From Vicinamibacterales bacterium (GTDB taxonomy: Bacteria; Acidobacteriota; Vicinamibacteria; Vicinamibacterales; SCN-69-37), in contig DATIWF010000029.1 in assembly GCA_035519535.1 (NCBI GenBank), positions 21,611 to 85,610 of the forward strand: a stretch of DNA of 64,000 nucleotides, read 5' to 3'. The number at the start of each line of letters is the position of its first letter. The stretch's first letter is position 1. Both the position numbers and the translations under genes were made by a program. Positions 7,943 to 18,600 of the stretch are shown here, piece after piece. The notes under the pieces were generated by a model. That model was not told where the DNA came from and made no database searches. It saw only the letters and a program-made list of their open reading frames with translations.

Positions 7943-10900
7943 ATGGCGCGCCGCCGCTCGCTTCTTCTGCTCGCACTCGCGTTCCTGGTTGTCGCGTTCC
8001 GGCCGACGCTGCCGGCCCGGCAGGCGCCCGCCGTGCCGCCGTCGCTCTTCGGCGAGATGCGCTGGCGCAATATCGGTCCGTACCGCGGCGGCCGGACGAA
8101 GGCGGCCGCGGGCGTGGCGAGCCAGCCGTACACGTTCTACATCGGCGTCTGCAATGGCGGCGTGTGGAAGACGACCAACGCCGGGCGGACGTGGCAGTCG
8201 GTGTTCGACGACCAGCCGACCGGGTCGGTCGGCTGGGTGACCGTCGCGTCATCCGATCCGAACATCGTGTACGTCGCGAGCGGCGAGGGCCTGCAGCGGC
8301 CCGACCTTTCGACCGGCGACGGGATCTACAAGTCCACGGATGCGGGCAAGACGTGGGCGCACCTCGGGCTGCGCGACGGCCAGCAGATTCCGAAGATCGT
8401 GGTCGATCCCCGCAATCCGAACCGGCTGTTCGTCGCCGTGCTCGGCCATCCGTACGGGCCGAACGAAGAGCGCGGTGTGTTCCGTTCGGTCGACGGCGGG
8501 CTGACGTTCCAGAAGGTGTTCTACCGGGACGAGAACACGGGCGCCAAGGACGTCGACCTCGATCCCGTGAACCCCGACATCGTGTACGCGACGTTGTGGG
8601 AATCGCGCCAGGGGCCATGGGAGAACAGCAACTGGACCGGCGCCGGCGGCATCATCAAGTCCACCGACGGCGGCACGACCTGGACGCAGCTCCACGGCGG
8701 TTTGCCGGACATCACCAACGCGGAGATGGCGATCGCACCGAGCAACCCGCGGCGGCTGTTCGCGCTGATTGAGGCGAACAATCCGGGCGGGCGAGGCGGC
8801 GATGGCGCGCCCGGCGGCGGGGGTGGTCGCGGGGGCGGCCGCGGCGGCGCCGAGGGTCAGACCCCGAACCCGCGCATCTACCGGTCTGATGATGCCGGCG
8901 CGACGTGGTCGCAGATCACCACCGACAATCGCGTCGCGAGCCGCGTGGTCGAGGCGGTGCCGATCGTCGATCCGAAGGATCCGGACACGGTCTTCGTGAC
9001 CGACGTCGTGACCTACAAGTCGACCGACGGCGGCAAGACGTGGGTGCCGTTCAAGGGCGCGCCGGGCGGCGACGACTACCAGAACCTCTGGATCAACCCG
9101 AACGACACCCACGTCATGCTGCTCGTGAGCGACCAGGGGGCCGTGGTGACGCTCGATGGCGGCCAGTCGTGGAGCTCCTGGTACAATCAGCCGACCGCCG
9201 CGCTGTACCACGTCATGGCCGACAACGCGTTTCCGTACCGCGTGTGCGGCGGGCAGCAGGACAGCGGATCGGTCTGCATCTCGAGCCGCGGCAACGACGG
9301 GCACGTGACCGTGCGCGAGTGGCATCCGGTGGCCGTTGAGGAGTACGGCTACGCGGCGCCCGACCCGCTCGACCCGGACGTCGTCTTCGGCGGCAAGGTC
9401 ACGCGCTATGACCGGCGTACGGCGCAGTTCTCGAACGTCACGCCCGCGGCGGCCTCGCTGCCGACCGGCGGCGGCTCGGGCGGCGCCGCGATCCGCACGG
9501 TCCGGACGCAGCCCGTGGTGTTTTCCGCCGCCGACCCGCACGTGCTGTTCTTCGGCAACAACTATCTGTGGAAGACGATCGACGGCGGCGTGCACTGGAC
9601 GCGCGTCAGTCCGGATGTGACCCGGAAGACACACGACGTGCCGTCGAGCATCGGCAAGTACTCCCAGGCGGCGGCGGGGCAGGCGGACACGAGCCCGGCC
9701 CGCGTGATCTACACGATTGGCCCGTCGTACGTGGACATCAACCGGATCTGGATCGGCACGGACGATGGCGTGATTGCGACGACCGCTGACGGCGGGCTCC
9801 ACTGGACCGATGTGACGCCTCCGAAGGTCGGATCGTACTGGAAAGTCTTCACGATCGACCCTGGCCGCTTCGACGCGCTGACCGCGTACGCCGCGGTGAA
9901 CACCCTGCGCCTCGACGACATGAATCCGCACCTCTTCCGGACGCACGATGGCGGCAAGACGTGGACGGAGATCAATCGCGGGCTGCCGGGCGGCGCCGCG
10001 GTGAGCGTCATCCGCGAGGACCCGAAGAAGAAGGGCCTGCTGTTCGCCGGATCGGAGACGCAGGTCTACGTGTCGTTCGACGACGGCGACGACTGGCAGT
10101 CGCTGCGCCTGAACATGGCCGCGTCGTCGGTCCGCGACCTGATCAACAAGGACGACGATCTGGTGGTCGGCACGCACGGGCGCGGGATCTGGATCCTCGA
10201 CGACATCACGCCGCTGCGACAGGTCGACGCGCAGACCGCGAATGCCGAGGCGGTGCTCTTCACGCCGACAACCGCGCTGCGCGTGCGATGGAACACGAAT
10301 CCAGACACGCCGTGGCCGCCCGATGAGCCCGCCGGCCCGAATCCGCCGGAGGGCGCGATTCTGAACTACTACCTGAAGTCGGCTGCGACCGGCCCCGTCA
10401 CGCTCGAGATTCTCCAGGCCGACGGCCGGCTGGTGCGCCGCTATTCGAGCACCGACCCGGTGGCGGCCATACCGGACCCGTCGGTCGCGCCGCTGCCGCA
10501 GTACTGGTACCGCCCGCCGCAGCATCTGTCGACCGAGGCCGGCATGCATCGCTTCACCTGGGACGTGCACTACCAGCCGCTGCCGGGCGGCGGGGGAGGG
10601 CGCGGCGGCGGCCTGCCGATTTCCGCCGTGCCGTTCAACACCGTGCCACCGCCGTCCACGCCGTGGGTGAATCCCGGCAGGTACACGGTGAAGCTCACGG
10701 TCAACGGGAAGAGCTACACCCAGCCGATCACGGTGAAGCAGGACCCGCGCGTGAAGACGCCGGCGCTCGCCATGCAGCAGGTCTACACGTTGTCGCGGGC
10801 GGCGTACTACGGCGCGGCCGACGCGCTCGGTGCCGAAGCGGACGTCGCATCTTTGCGCGCGCAGGTGACCGATCTGAGGCCGCGCGCGGCGGGTGCCGTG

Positions 10901-11251
10901 GCGGACGCGCTCGCGGCCTTCGACAAGAAGGCGGCGGCGCTGGCCGGATCCGGCGGCGGGGGGGCGGCGCCCGGCCGGGGCGGGCGCGGCGGCCGCGGTG
11001 CTGCCGGTCCGGCGACCCCGCCGGCGAGCGAGACCCTCACGAGCGTGGCCGCGTCGCTCGCGGGAGTGATGAACCTGCTTCAAAGCGCGGACGTCACGCC
11101 GCCAGCCACGTCGGTCGCGGCGATGACTCGCGCGCAGCAGGCGGCCGCGGGCGTCATGACGCGTTGGACGGCGCTCAAGACCGTGGATCTGCCGGCGCTC
11201 AACGCTCAGCTCAAGGCCGCAGGGTTGCCGCCGCTGACGCTAGGAAAGTGA
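7943..11251 (+). CDS. Secreted BNR/Asp-box (sortilin/VPS10-like) beta-propeller repeat protein, paralogue 2, with a C-terminal extension
   Basis: Signal-like N-terminus (MARRRSLLLLALAFLVVAF). Asp boxes are present (STDAGKTW, SVDGGLTF, STDGGTTW, SDDAGATW, STDGGKTW, TLDGGQSW, THDGGKTW). It is collinear with the 233..3103 protein. Confidence 0.85.
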   Translation: MARRRSLLLLALAFLVVAFRPTLPARQAPAVPPSLFGEMRWRNIGPYRGGRTKAAAGVASQPYTFYIGVCNGGVWKTTNAGRTWQSVFDDQPTGSVGWVTVASSDPNIVYVASGEGLQRPDLSTGDGIYKSTDAGKTWAHLGLRDGQQIPKIVVDPRNPNRLFVAVLGHPYGPNEERGVFRSVDGGLTFQKVFYRDENTGAKDVDLDPVNPDIVYATLWESRQGPWENSNWTGAGGIIKSTDGGTTWTQLHGGLPDITNAEMAIAPSNPRRLFALIEANNPGGRGGDGAPGGGGGRGGGRGGAEGQTPNPRIYRSDDAGATWSQITTDNRVASRVVEAVPIVDPKDPDTVFVTDVVTYKSTDGGKTWVPFKGAPGGDDYQNLWINPNDTHVMLLVSDQGAVVTLDGGQSWSSWYNQPTAALYHVMADNAFPYRVCGGQQDSGSVCISSRGNDGHVTVREWHPVAVEEYGYAAPDPLDPDVVFGGKVTRYDRRTAQFSNVTPAAASLPTGGGSGGAAIRTVRTQPVVFSAADPHVLFFGNNYLWKTIDGGVHWTRVSPDVTRKTHDVPSSIGKYSQAAAGQADTSPARVIYTIGPSYVDINRIWIGTDDGVIATTADGGLHWTDVTPPKVGSYWKVFTIDPGRFDALTAYAAVNTLRLDDMNPHLFRTHDGGKTWTEINRGLPGGAAVSVIREDPKKKGLLFAGSETQVYVSFDDGDDWQSLRLNMAASSVRDLINKDDDLVVGTHGRGIWILDDITPLRQVDAQTANAEAVLFTPTTALRVRWNTNPDTPWPPDEPAGPNPPEGAILNYYLKSAATGPVTLEILQADGRLVRRYSSTDPVAAIPDPSVAPLPQYWYRPPQHLSTEAGMHRFTWDVHYQPLPGGGGGRGGGLPISAVPFNTVPPPSTPWVNPGRYTVKLTVNGKSYTQPITVKQDPRVKTPALAMQQVYTLSRAAYYGAADALGAEADVASLRAQVTDLRPRAAGAVADALAAFDKKAAALAGSGGGGAAPGRGGRGGRGAAGPATPPASETLTSVAASLAGVMNLLQSADVTPPATSVAAMTRAQQAAAGVMTRWTALKTVDLPALNAQLKAAGLPPLTLGK

Positions 11252-12541
11252 ACGGACGACGTCGAGCACGTGGTCGATGTCCGTCGGATTGACGTAGAGA
11301 TGCGCTGACAATCGCACGCCGCGATCGCCGCCTTGCGCGCGCACGCGAATCTTCCGCGCCCAGAGCGCGTCCTGCAGCTCGCGGCCGGTCTTGCCGGCGA
11401 CGGCGAACGTCGTGATCGCCGAGGCGAAGCGCCGGTCGGACGGCGACGACAGGCGCGCGGCCGGAATACGCGCGAGCCCGTCCCGGAGTCTCGCCGCCAG
11501 CATCGCGTCCCAGCGCTCGATCCGCTCCAGGCCGATTCGCGTCATGAAGTCGATCGCGGCCACCAGCCCCTGGACGACGGCGACACTGCCCGTCCCGTAG
11601 TGCATGAACCGAAACGCGCCAGTCGAGTCGTCGTCGAAGGCGGCGCTCGCGAGCGTGTTCCAGAAGCGCGTCTGCACGTCGCGTCGGATGTAGAGGATGC
11701 CAGTGCCTTTTGGCGCGAGCATCCATTTGTGCGGGCTCGTGACGTACGCGTCGCAGCCCAGGTCCTTCACGTCCACGCGTCGCTGACCCAGGACCTGGGC
11801 GCCGTCGATGATCGCGAGCGCCCCGCGGTCGTGCGCGAGCGCGCACAGCGCCTTCGCCGGCAGCAGCATCCCGAGGCCCGATGTGATCTGACTGAACATG
11901 ACGACCTTCGTCCGCGGCGTGATGGCGTCGGCAAATCGCTGAACCACCGCATCAGGCCCGCCCGGCGCGGCTTCGAGTACCGGCACTTGCTTGACGACGA
12001 CGCCATGCCGCTTCGCCCGCAGCTGCCAGCCGCCGATCCCGCCGCTGTGCTCCTGGTCGGTCGTGACGACCTCGTCGCCAGAGGAGAGGTCCAGTCCGTT
12101 CGCGAGGAAGCTCATCCCCATCGTGGCGTTGGTCGTCAAGGCGATCTCGTCGGCAGCGGCGTTGATCACCTGACCAATGCGTCCGCGGATGTCGGTGAGC
12201 GGCTGGTAGCCGGTCAGCGGCTCGCCGTCGGCCTGGAAGTACGGCCAGTCCGGCAGCTCGCGCTCAATCCGCTCAGTGCCCTTCGTCAGGCTCTCGACGA
12301 CTTCGCGCGGCGACGCGCCGAGCGTCCCGGTGTTGCCGTACGTGACCTCTGGCGGGAACAGGAACTCGCGCCGGGCCGCGGCGAAGATGCGCTCGTCGGA
12401 GTCGCCAGGCGCGAACGTGAACGTCGGGATGCCGAGCGGCGGAAACTGGCGCGCCCAGGCGCTCGCGGGCAGCAGCCCGACGGCCGCCCCGCCCAACGCG
12501 ATCCGAGTCAGAAAGCTGCGGCGTCCAACGGCGTTCGTCAT
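11240..12541 (-). CDS. Class V aminotransferase / cysteine desulfurase-like PLP enzyme with a twin-arginine signal
   Basis: ORF 11240..12829. The internal ATG at 12541 follows GAGGAGG. The N-terminus MTNAVGRRSFLTRIALGGAAVGLLPASAWA looks like a Tat signal. The SPHKWMLAPKGTG motif contains the PLP-lysine. Confidence 0.75.
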   Translation of the reverse strand: MTNAVGRRSFLTRIALGGAAVGLLPASAWARQFPPLGIPTFTFAPGDSDERIFAAARREFLFPPEVTYGNTGTLGASPREVVESLTKGTERIERELPDWPYFQADGEPLTGYQPLTDIRGRIGQVINAAADEIALTTNATMGMSFLANGLDLSSGDEVVTTDQEHSGGIGGWQLRAKRHGVVVKQVPVLEAAPGGPDAVVQRFADAITPRTKVVMFSQITSGLGMLLPAKALCALAHDRGALAIIDGAQVLGQRRVDVKDLGCDAYVTSPHKWMLAPKGTGILYIRRDVQTRFWNTLASAAFDDDSTGAFRFMHYGTGSVAVVQGLVAAIDFMTRIGLERIERWDAMLAARLRDGLARIPAARLSSPSDRRFASAITTFAVAGKTGRELQDALWARKIRVRAQGGDRGVRLSAHLYVNPTDIDHVLDVVRSLS

Positions 12542-12578
12542 GAGGACCCTCCTCGGCACGCATCCTACTCCGCTTCGA

Positions 12579-12592
12579 CGCGCTATACTCGC
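12579..12592 (+). promoter_or_regulatory. Conserved 14-mer CGCGCTATACTCGC, copy 2
   Basis: TATACT at 12584-12589 lies 12 nt upstream of the kinase GTG at 12602. No Shine-Dalgarno sequence lies between them. Confidence 0.45.
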
Positions 12593-12601
12593 GCCACGAT
12601 C

Positions 12602-15600
12602 GTGGACTCGCTCATCGGCCAGACCCTCGGGCGGTATCGCATCGTGGCGGAACTGGGCCGCGGCGGGATGGGCGTCGTCTATCGCGCGCTCGATACCACG
12701 CTCGATCGCGAAGTGGCCCTCAAGGTCCTGCCCCCGGATCTGGTCGCCGACGCGGATCGTCGGCGCCGGTTTCTCCGTGAAGCGCAGACGGCGTCGCGGC
12801 TCGAGCACGCGCACATCGGCGTGATCCATGAGGTCGGTGAAGCCGATGGCGTGACCTTCATCGCCATGGAGCTCGTCCGCGGCGAGTCGTTGCGCGAGCT
12901 CATCGCGCGCGGCGGCCTGTCACCCGCCCGCGCGGTGGACCTCGCGATCGAGATCGCCGAGGGCCTCGCCCGCGCGCACGACACCGGCATCATCCACCGC
13001 GACCTGAAACCGGCCAACGTCATGATCACCGACGACGGCCACGCGAAGATCATCGACTTCGGGCTGGCGAAGGCCCTGGACGCGAGTGCGACGGCCGACG
13101 CCGCCACGGTCGCCGCCTCGACCGACATCGGCGTCATCAAGGGCACAGCATCGTATATGTCGCCTGAGCAGACGCGCGGTGAGCGGCTCGACGCGCGCAG
13201 CGACCTCTTCAGCTTCGGAGTGATGCTCTATCAGATGGTGACCGGCCGGCTGCCGTTCCAGGCGCCCAGCTACGTGGACACGCTCCATGCGATTTCGCAC
13301 GACGAGCCGCCGCCGCTTGCGTGGACGGGCTCAACCGCCCCCGCCGACGCGCAACACGATCTGCAGCGCCTGCTCGACAAGTGCCTGTCCAAGGATCCGG
13401 CGGCGCGCTATCAGACGGCCCGCGATCTCGTTGTGGACCTGAGGAGCGTGCGGCGCCGGCTCGACGGACCAGCGTCGGGGAGCGCACGAGTTTCGACCAT
13501 CGGAGCCGCCAGGCCTCCGGACGCGACTCGCTCGGTCTGGCGCCGGCTCGCCGTCTGGGCCGTGCCTGCCATCGTCATGGCCGCGGCGGCCGCGTTCTGG
13601 TGGACGTACCGGGCGCCGCCGCCCCCGCCGCCGCTTTCATCCTCCGGTAAGCCGTCGGTGGCGGTGCTGTACTTCCAGAACAACACCGGGAGCCCGCAGC
13701 TCGACTGGCTGCGCACCGGCCTCACCAGCATGGTCGTCACGGACCTGTCGCAGTCGCCCGACATGGAAGTCCTCGGCACGGACCGCCTGTACCAGATTCT
13801 CGCGTCGCTCAAGCGTCAGAACGACGCGGAGCTGGCGTTCGACACGGTGCGCGAGGTCGCGCGGCTCGCCGGCGTGCAGCATGTCCTGACGGGTGACTAC
13901 GTCAAGGCGGGCGAGACCATTCGCATCAACATCACGCTGCGCGACGCCGCGAGCGGACGCATCCTGACGGCCGATCACCTCGAAGCGGCTGGCGAGGCGA
14001 ACCTGTTTCCGACCGTCGACGACCTCACCCGGCGCGTGCAGACCCATTTGGCGAGCGCGGCTCCCAATCCGACGCCGGTCTTCCAGGCGCCAGGCGCCCG
14101 CAGCGCGTCGGTTGGATCGGGCCTCTACCGCGACCTCCAGGACGTCACGACCGCGTCGATTGACGCGTACCGGGCCTACGCCGAGGGCGTGGCGTTCCTC
14201 GAGAGCGGACGTCCGGCGGATGCCGAGCCCAGGTTCCTCGAGGCAATCAAGATCGATCCCGATTTCGCGCTCGCGATGGCACGGCTCGCGGCGGCAGAGA
14301 ACAACCTTCGCCGTCCGGACCAACGCTCGGAATACGCGAAAGCGGCACTTGACCGCTCGAACCGTCTGCCGACCAGGGACCGCTACTACCTCGAGGGGTT
14401 CTATTACACGAACGACGAGGACTCAGTCGAGCGTGGGATTGAGGCGTACAAGAAGCTGCTGGCCCTCGCGCCGGATCACTACGCAGGCAAACACAACCTG
14501 GCGAACGCGTACTCCGCGATCGAACAGTACGCGGAGGCGGCGCGGCTGGGTGAGGAGCTGCGCCGGTCAGCGTTCGTGCTGCCGATTTCCCTCAACAACC
14601 TGGCGTTGGCCTACGCGCACCTCGACCGCGGCGATGACGCCATGAACGTCGTCGCCGAGAGCGAGCGTCGCTTTCCGGGCACGGCTCTGACGGCCCGACA
14701 GCGCGGTGACGTGTCGACGATGCTCGGCCGACTCGACGACGCGGCGGCGGCCTACGGCCGCGCGGTGTCCGCCAGTCCGAACGATCCGACCTCGGCGACC
14801 GACCGGATGGCCATCGCGATCTTGCAGGGCCGGTGGCAGGACGCCCAGGCCGAGGTCGACACGCTGTCCGCGTCGTCCGATCCGTTCGTGAGCTTTGCGC
14901 TGACCGAGGCGCGCTGCCTGCTCGACCTGTATCGCGGCCGGAGCGCCACCGCCCTGCGCGGCCTCGACGCCGCCACGAAGCGACCCGGTCCGTGGGGCGC
15001 GACGTTCGACGCCGAACTGCACGTGATGGCCGCGCGCGTCTATCTCCAGCTTGGGCGGCCTGCGGAGGCGCTGACGCACGCCGACGCCGCGCGCCGGCAC
15101 GCCGGCGACGCGTTGTTGACGCCGGGGGCGTTCGGCCGGATGTACACCGCGCTCGCCTTGACACGCCTGGGGCGCGCCCCGGAGGCCAAGCCTCTCGCGG
15201 ACCAGTTGGCCGCCCGCGCGGCCATCGCCGAGGGCCCGCGAATGAAGCGATTCGTCAACCTGCTGGCGGGATCGCTCGCGCGTGATCGCCGGGATCTGCC
15301 GGCCGCGCTGACCGCGCTGACCGAGGCGGAGCGTTTGATGCCCCCGCGCAGCAACACCGGGCCGCCGCCGCCGCAGCCCGAAGTCTGGTTTGCGCTCGGC
15401 TCCGCCTATCTGGAGGCGGGGAACGACGTCGAAGCCGAGAAGCGTTTTGCGCTCGTCACCACGCGCATCGAGCGCCTGCTGTTCCCGATCGAGTACGCGC
15501 GCAGCCTCTACGCGCTCGGCCAGATCGCCGATCGGCGCGGCGACCGCGACCAGGCGCGCCAGTACTACACACAGTTCGTCGAGCTCTGGGGCGACGGCGA

Positions 15601-15646
15601 TCTCGATCGGGACAAGGTGGCGAAGGCGAGGAAGACGATCAAGTAA
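12602..15646 (+). CDS. Ser/Thr protein kinase with TM segment, periplasmic domain and TPR tail (paralogue 1)
   Basis: Part of ORF 11333..15646. GTG start at 12602. Kinase motifs are GRGGMGVVYRA, ALKVL, HRDLKPANV, DFGLAK and SPEQ. A TM helix (WAVPAIVMAAAAAFWW) is followed by TPR-like repeats. Confidence 0.85.
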   Translation: MDSLIGQTLGRYRIVAELGRGGMGVVYRALDTTLDREVALKVLPPDLVADADRRRRFLREAQTASRLEHAHIGVIHEVGEADGVTFIAMELVRGESLRELIARGGLSPARAVDLAIEIAEGLARAHDTGIIHRDLKPANVMITDDGHAKIIDFGLAKALDASATADAATVAASTDIGVIKGTASYMSPEQTRGERLDARSDLFSFGVMLYQMVTGRLPFQAPSYVDTLHAISHDEPPPLAWTGSTAPADAQHDLQRLLDKCLSKDPAARYQTARDLVVDLRSVRRRLDGPASGSARVSTIGAARPPDATRSVWRRLAVWAVPAIVMAAAAAFWWTYRAPPPPPPLSSSGKPSVAVLYFQNNTGSPQLDWLRTGLTSMVVTDLSQSPDMEVLGTDRLYQILASLKRQNDAELAFDTVREVARLAGVQHVLTGDYVKAGETIRINITLRDAASGRILTADHLEAAGEANLFPTVDDLTRRVQTHLASAAPNPTPVFQAPGARSASVGSGLYRDLQDVTTASIDAYRAYAEGVAFLESGRPADAEPRFLEAIKIDPDFALAMARLAAAENNLRRPDQRSEYAKAALDRSNRLPTRDRYYLEGFYYTNDEDSVERGIEAYKKLLALAPDHYAGKHNLANAYSAIEQYAEAARLGEELRRSAFVLPISLNNLALAYAHLDRGDDAMNVVAESERRFPGTALTARQRGDVSTMLGRLDDAAAAYGRAVSASPNDPTSATDRMAIAILQGRWQDAQAEVDTLSASSDPFVSFALTEARCLLDLYRGRSATALRGLDAATKRPGPWGATFDAELHVMAARVYLQLGRPAEALTHADAARRHAGDALLTPGAFGRMYTALALTRLGRAPEAKPLADQLAARAAIAEGPRMKRFVNLLAGSLARDRRDLPAALTALTEAERLMPPRSNTGPPPPQPEVWFALGSAYLEAGNDVEAEKRFALVTTRIERLLFPIEYARSLYALGQIADRRGDRDQARQYYTQFVELWGDGDLDRDKVAKARKTIK

Positions 15647-15665
15647 GGCATCCTGTTCCGTGTGA

Positions 15666-15679
15666 CGCGCTATACTCGC
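15666..15679 (+). promoter_or_regulatory. Conserved 14-mer CGCGCTATACTCGC, copy 3
   Basis: TATACT at 15671-15676 lies 11 nt upstream of the kinase GTG at 15688. Confidence 0.45.
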
Positions 15680-15687
15680 CACGCCGG

Positions 15688-18600
15688 GTGGATTCGCTCA
15701 TCGGACGCACGCTCTCGCATTACGAGATCACCGCCGAGCTCGGCCGCGGCGGGATGGGCGTGGTCTACCGCGCCCACGACACGAAGCTGGACCGCGACGT
15801 CGCGCTCAAAGTCCTGCCAGCTGAGCTGCTGCCCGACGAGGCGCACCGGCGCCGGTTCATCCGCGAAGCGCAGACGGCGTCGCAGCTCGAGCACCCGCAT
15901 ATCGGGGTCATCCACGAAATCGACGAGGTCGACGGGATCGCGTTCATCGCGATGGAGCTCATCCGCGGGGAGAAGCTGAGCGAGGTGATCGCGCGAGGCG
16001 GGCTGTCCCCGGCACGCGCGCTCGACCTGGCCACGGAAGTCGCCGAGGGCCTCGCGCGCGCGCACGACGCCGGCGTCGTCCACCGCGATCTGAAGCCCGC
16101 CAACGTGATGGTGACCGGCGACGGCCACGCGAAGATCATCGACTTCGGCCTCGCGAAGCTGCTGCGCGCGGTGACCGCCGACACCGACGAAACGGCGCCG
16201 GCGACGACGCCGGGTACGGTCATGGGCACGACGGCGTACATGTCGCCGGAGCAGGCGCGCGGTCAGCGGGTCGATCACCGCAGCGACATCTTCAGCTTCG
16301 GCGCGATGCTCTTCGAGATCCTGGGCGGACGCTCGCCATTTCGGGGCCAGACCACCGTCGATACGCTGCACGCGATTCTGAACGATCCGCCGCCGCCGCT
16401 CCCGCCGTTCAAGTCGGCGGTGCCCACGGACGTGGCCGGCGAGCTCGAGCGCATTGTCGACAAGTGTCTCGCCAAAGATCCCGACGCGCGGTACCAGGGC
16501 CTGCGCGACCTCGTGGTCGATCTCCGAGCCGCGCGGCGCCGGCTCGAATCCGGCACGGGCCGTGTCCCGGCGGCCGTGGCACCGGCGCCGGCGGCGACCG
16601 CGCGCGCGTCGTGGCGGCTGATCGCGGGCGGCCTCGTCCTGGTCGTCGCCCTCGTCGCGGTGGGCGTCGTGATGTGGCCGCGCCTGCGCGGCACGCCGCC
16701 GCCCCCGCCGCTCACGGCGAGCGGGAAACCGTCGGTGGCCGTGCTGTATTTCCAGAACAACACCGGCAGCCCGCAGCTCGACTGGCTGCGGACGGGCTTG
16801 ACCGACATGGTCGTGACCGATTTGTCCCAGTCGCCGGACACGAACGTGCTGAGCACGGATCGGCTCTACCAGATCCTGGCGTACCTCAAACGACAGAACG
16901 ATCCCGTCATTTCCTTCGACACCGTGCGTGAGGTGGCGCGTCTGGCGGGCGTCCAGCATGTGCTCATCGGCAACTACATCAAGGCCGGCGAGACGATTCG
17001 GATCAACGTCACGCTGCAGGATGTGACCTCGGGACGCATTCTGACGGCCGAGCACCTGGAAGCCGCGAACGAAAGCCAGCTCTTTCCGACCGTCGATAGT
17101 CTTACGCGCCGTCTGCAGACCCACCTGGCCTCGACGGTCGCGAGTGGCGCGCCCACGGATCTCTTGAAGGCGCCTGGTGCGTCGGGCGGGAACGGGACCA
17201 CCGGGCTCTATCGCACGCTCGAGGAGGTCACGACATCGTCCGTTGATGCGTACCGCGTGTACGCGCAAGGCGTGAGCCTGCTCGAGAGCGGGCGACCGCG
17301 GCAGGCCGAGCCCCTGCTGCTGAAGGCGATCGAGATCGATCCCGATTTCGCTCTGGCGATGGTGCGCCTGGCCGCTGTCGAGAACAACCTGCGCCGGTTG
17401 GACAAGAGCGCCGACTACGCCCAGCAGGCGCTGGCTCACGCCGACCGTCTCTCACTGCGGGACCGTTACTACATCGAAGGATTCCGCTACTCGCGCGACG
17501 AGGAAACCGAGGAGCGTGGCGCGGCCGCGTACGAGAAGCTGCTGGCCCTCTACCCTCAACACTACGCGGGCACGCACAATCTGGCGGATCTGTACTTCAA
17601 TGCCGGACGTTTCGAGGACTCGGCGCGGCTGGGTGAGCAACTGCGCTTGAACTCCGTGGTCCTCCCGATCTCGCTGAGCAATCTCGCCGCCTCGTACGCG
17701 TTTCTCGACGACCTGCCCAAAGCTCAAGCCGTGCTCGACGACTACCTGCGGCGCTTTCCCGGAAGCGCTGACGCGTACCGCAGCCTTGGCGAGCTCATGA
17801 TCACCTTCGTCAAACCCGCTGAGGCCGCCGCGGCGTTCGACCAGGCGGATGCGATCGATGGCGGCGATCCGACGTGGCTGTCCGATCGCTGGGCCGTCGC
17901 CGTGCTGCAGGATCGGTGGGCGGATGCCGAGGCCGCGACCACGGCGCAGATCCGGGCGGCTGATCCCTTCACTGCGTTTTCTTCGGTCCAGACGCACGCG
18001 CTGCGAGAGCTGTACCGCGGCCGAAGCACCGCCGCGCTGACCATCCTGGGCAAGGCCAAATCGGTGGCTGCGACTGCCGGTCCTACGTTCGATGCCCTCC
18101 TCAAGCTGACCGAGGCCCGCACGCTCTTGGCGCTCGGCGAGCCTCAACAGGCGCTCGCGTTCGCCGAACTGGCGCGCAAGCTGCCCGGTCAGGCGTTCCT
18201 GACGCCAATCGGCCTGAGCCGGTACTACCTGGCGGTCGCGTTGACACGTTTGGGGCGCGACGCCGAGGCCCGCGGACCGATTGGTGAGATCAAGGCACGC
18301 GCCGACGTCGGGTTCAGTCCGGTCGAAAGACGGCGAGTCCACCAGCTCGCCGGCGTCCTGGCACTCGATCGGCACGACACCGCAACCGCCATCGACGAGC
18401 TTCGACAGGCCGAGGGCCTTCTTCCGCCGCGCAGCAACTCGGGACCTCCTCCGACCCAGCCGGAGGTCTGGTTCGCTCTAGGTTCGGCGTACCTCGCGGC
18501 GGGCAACGATGACGAGGCCGAAAAGCGATTCTCCCGGCTGGTGGACGGAGCGGAGCGCGTGGCTTATCCCATCGAATACGTTCGCAGTATTTATTTCCTG

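Noticed and set aside
8249-11083. Very long antisense or alternative-frame ORFs. Examples are 8249..11083 (944 aa), 1205..2920, 22838..25612, 38927..41953, 39664..41394, 43633..45732, 47682..49379 and 50387..53152.
   Set aside because: Their translations are Arg/Ala/Gly/Pro-rich low-complexity strings with no motifs. They lie opposite or out of frame to ORFs with clear family signatures. This is typical stop-codon depletion in very GC-rich DNA.
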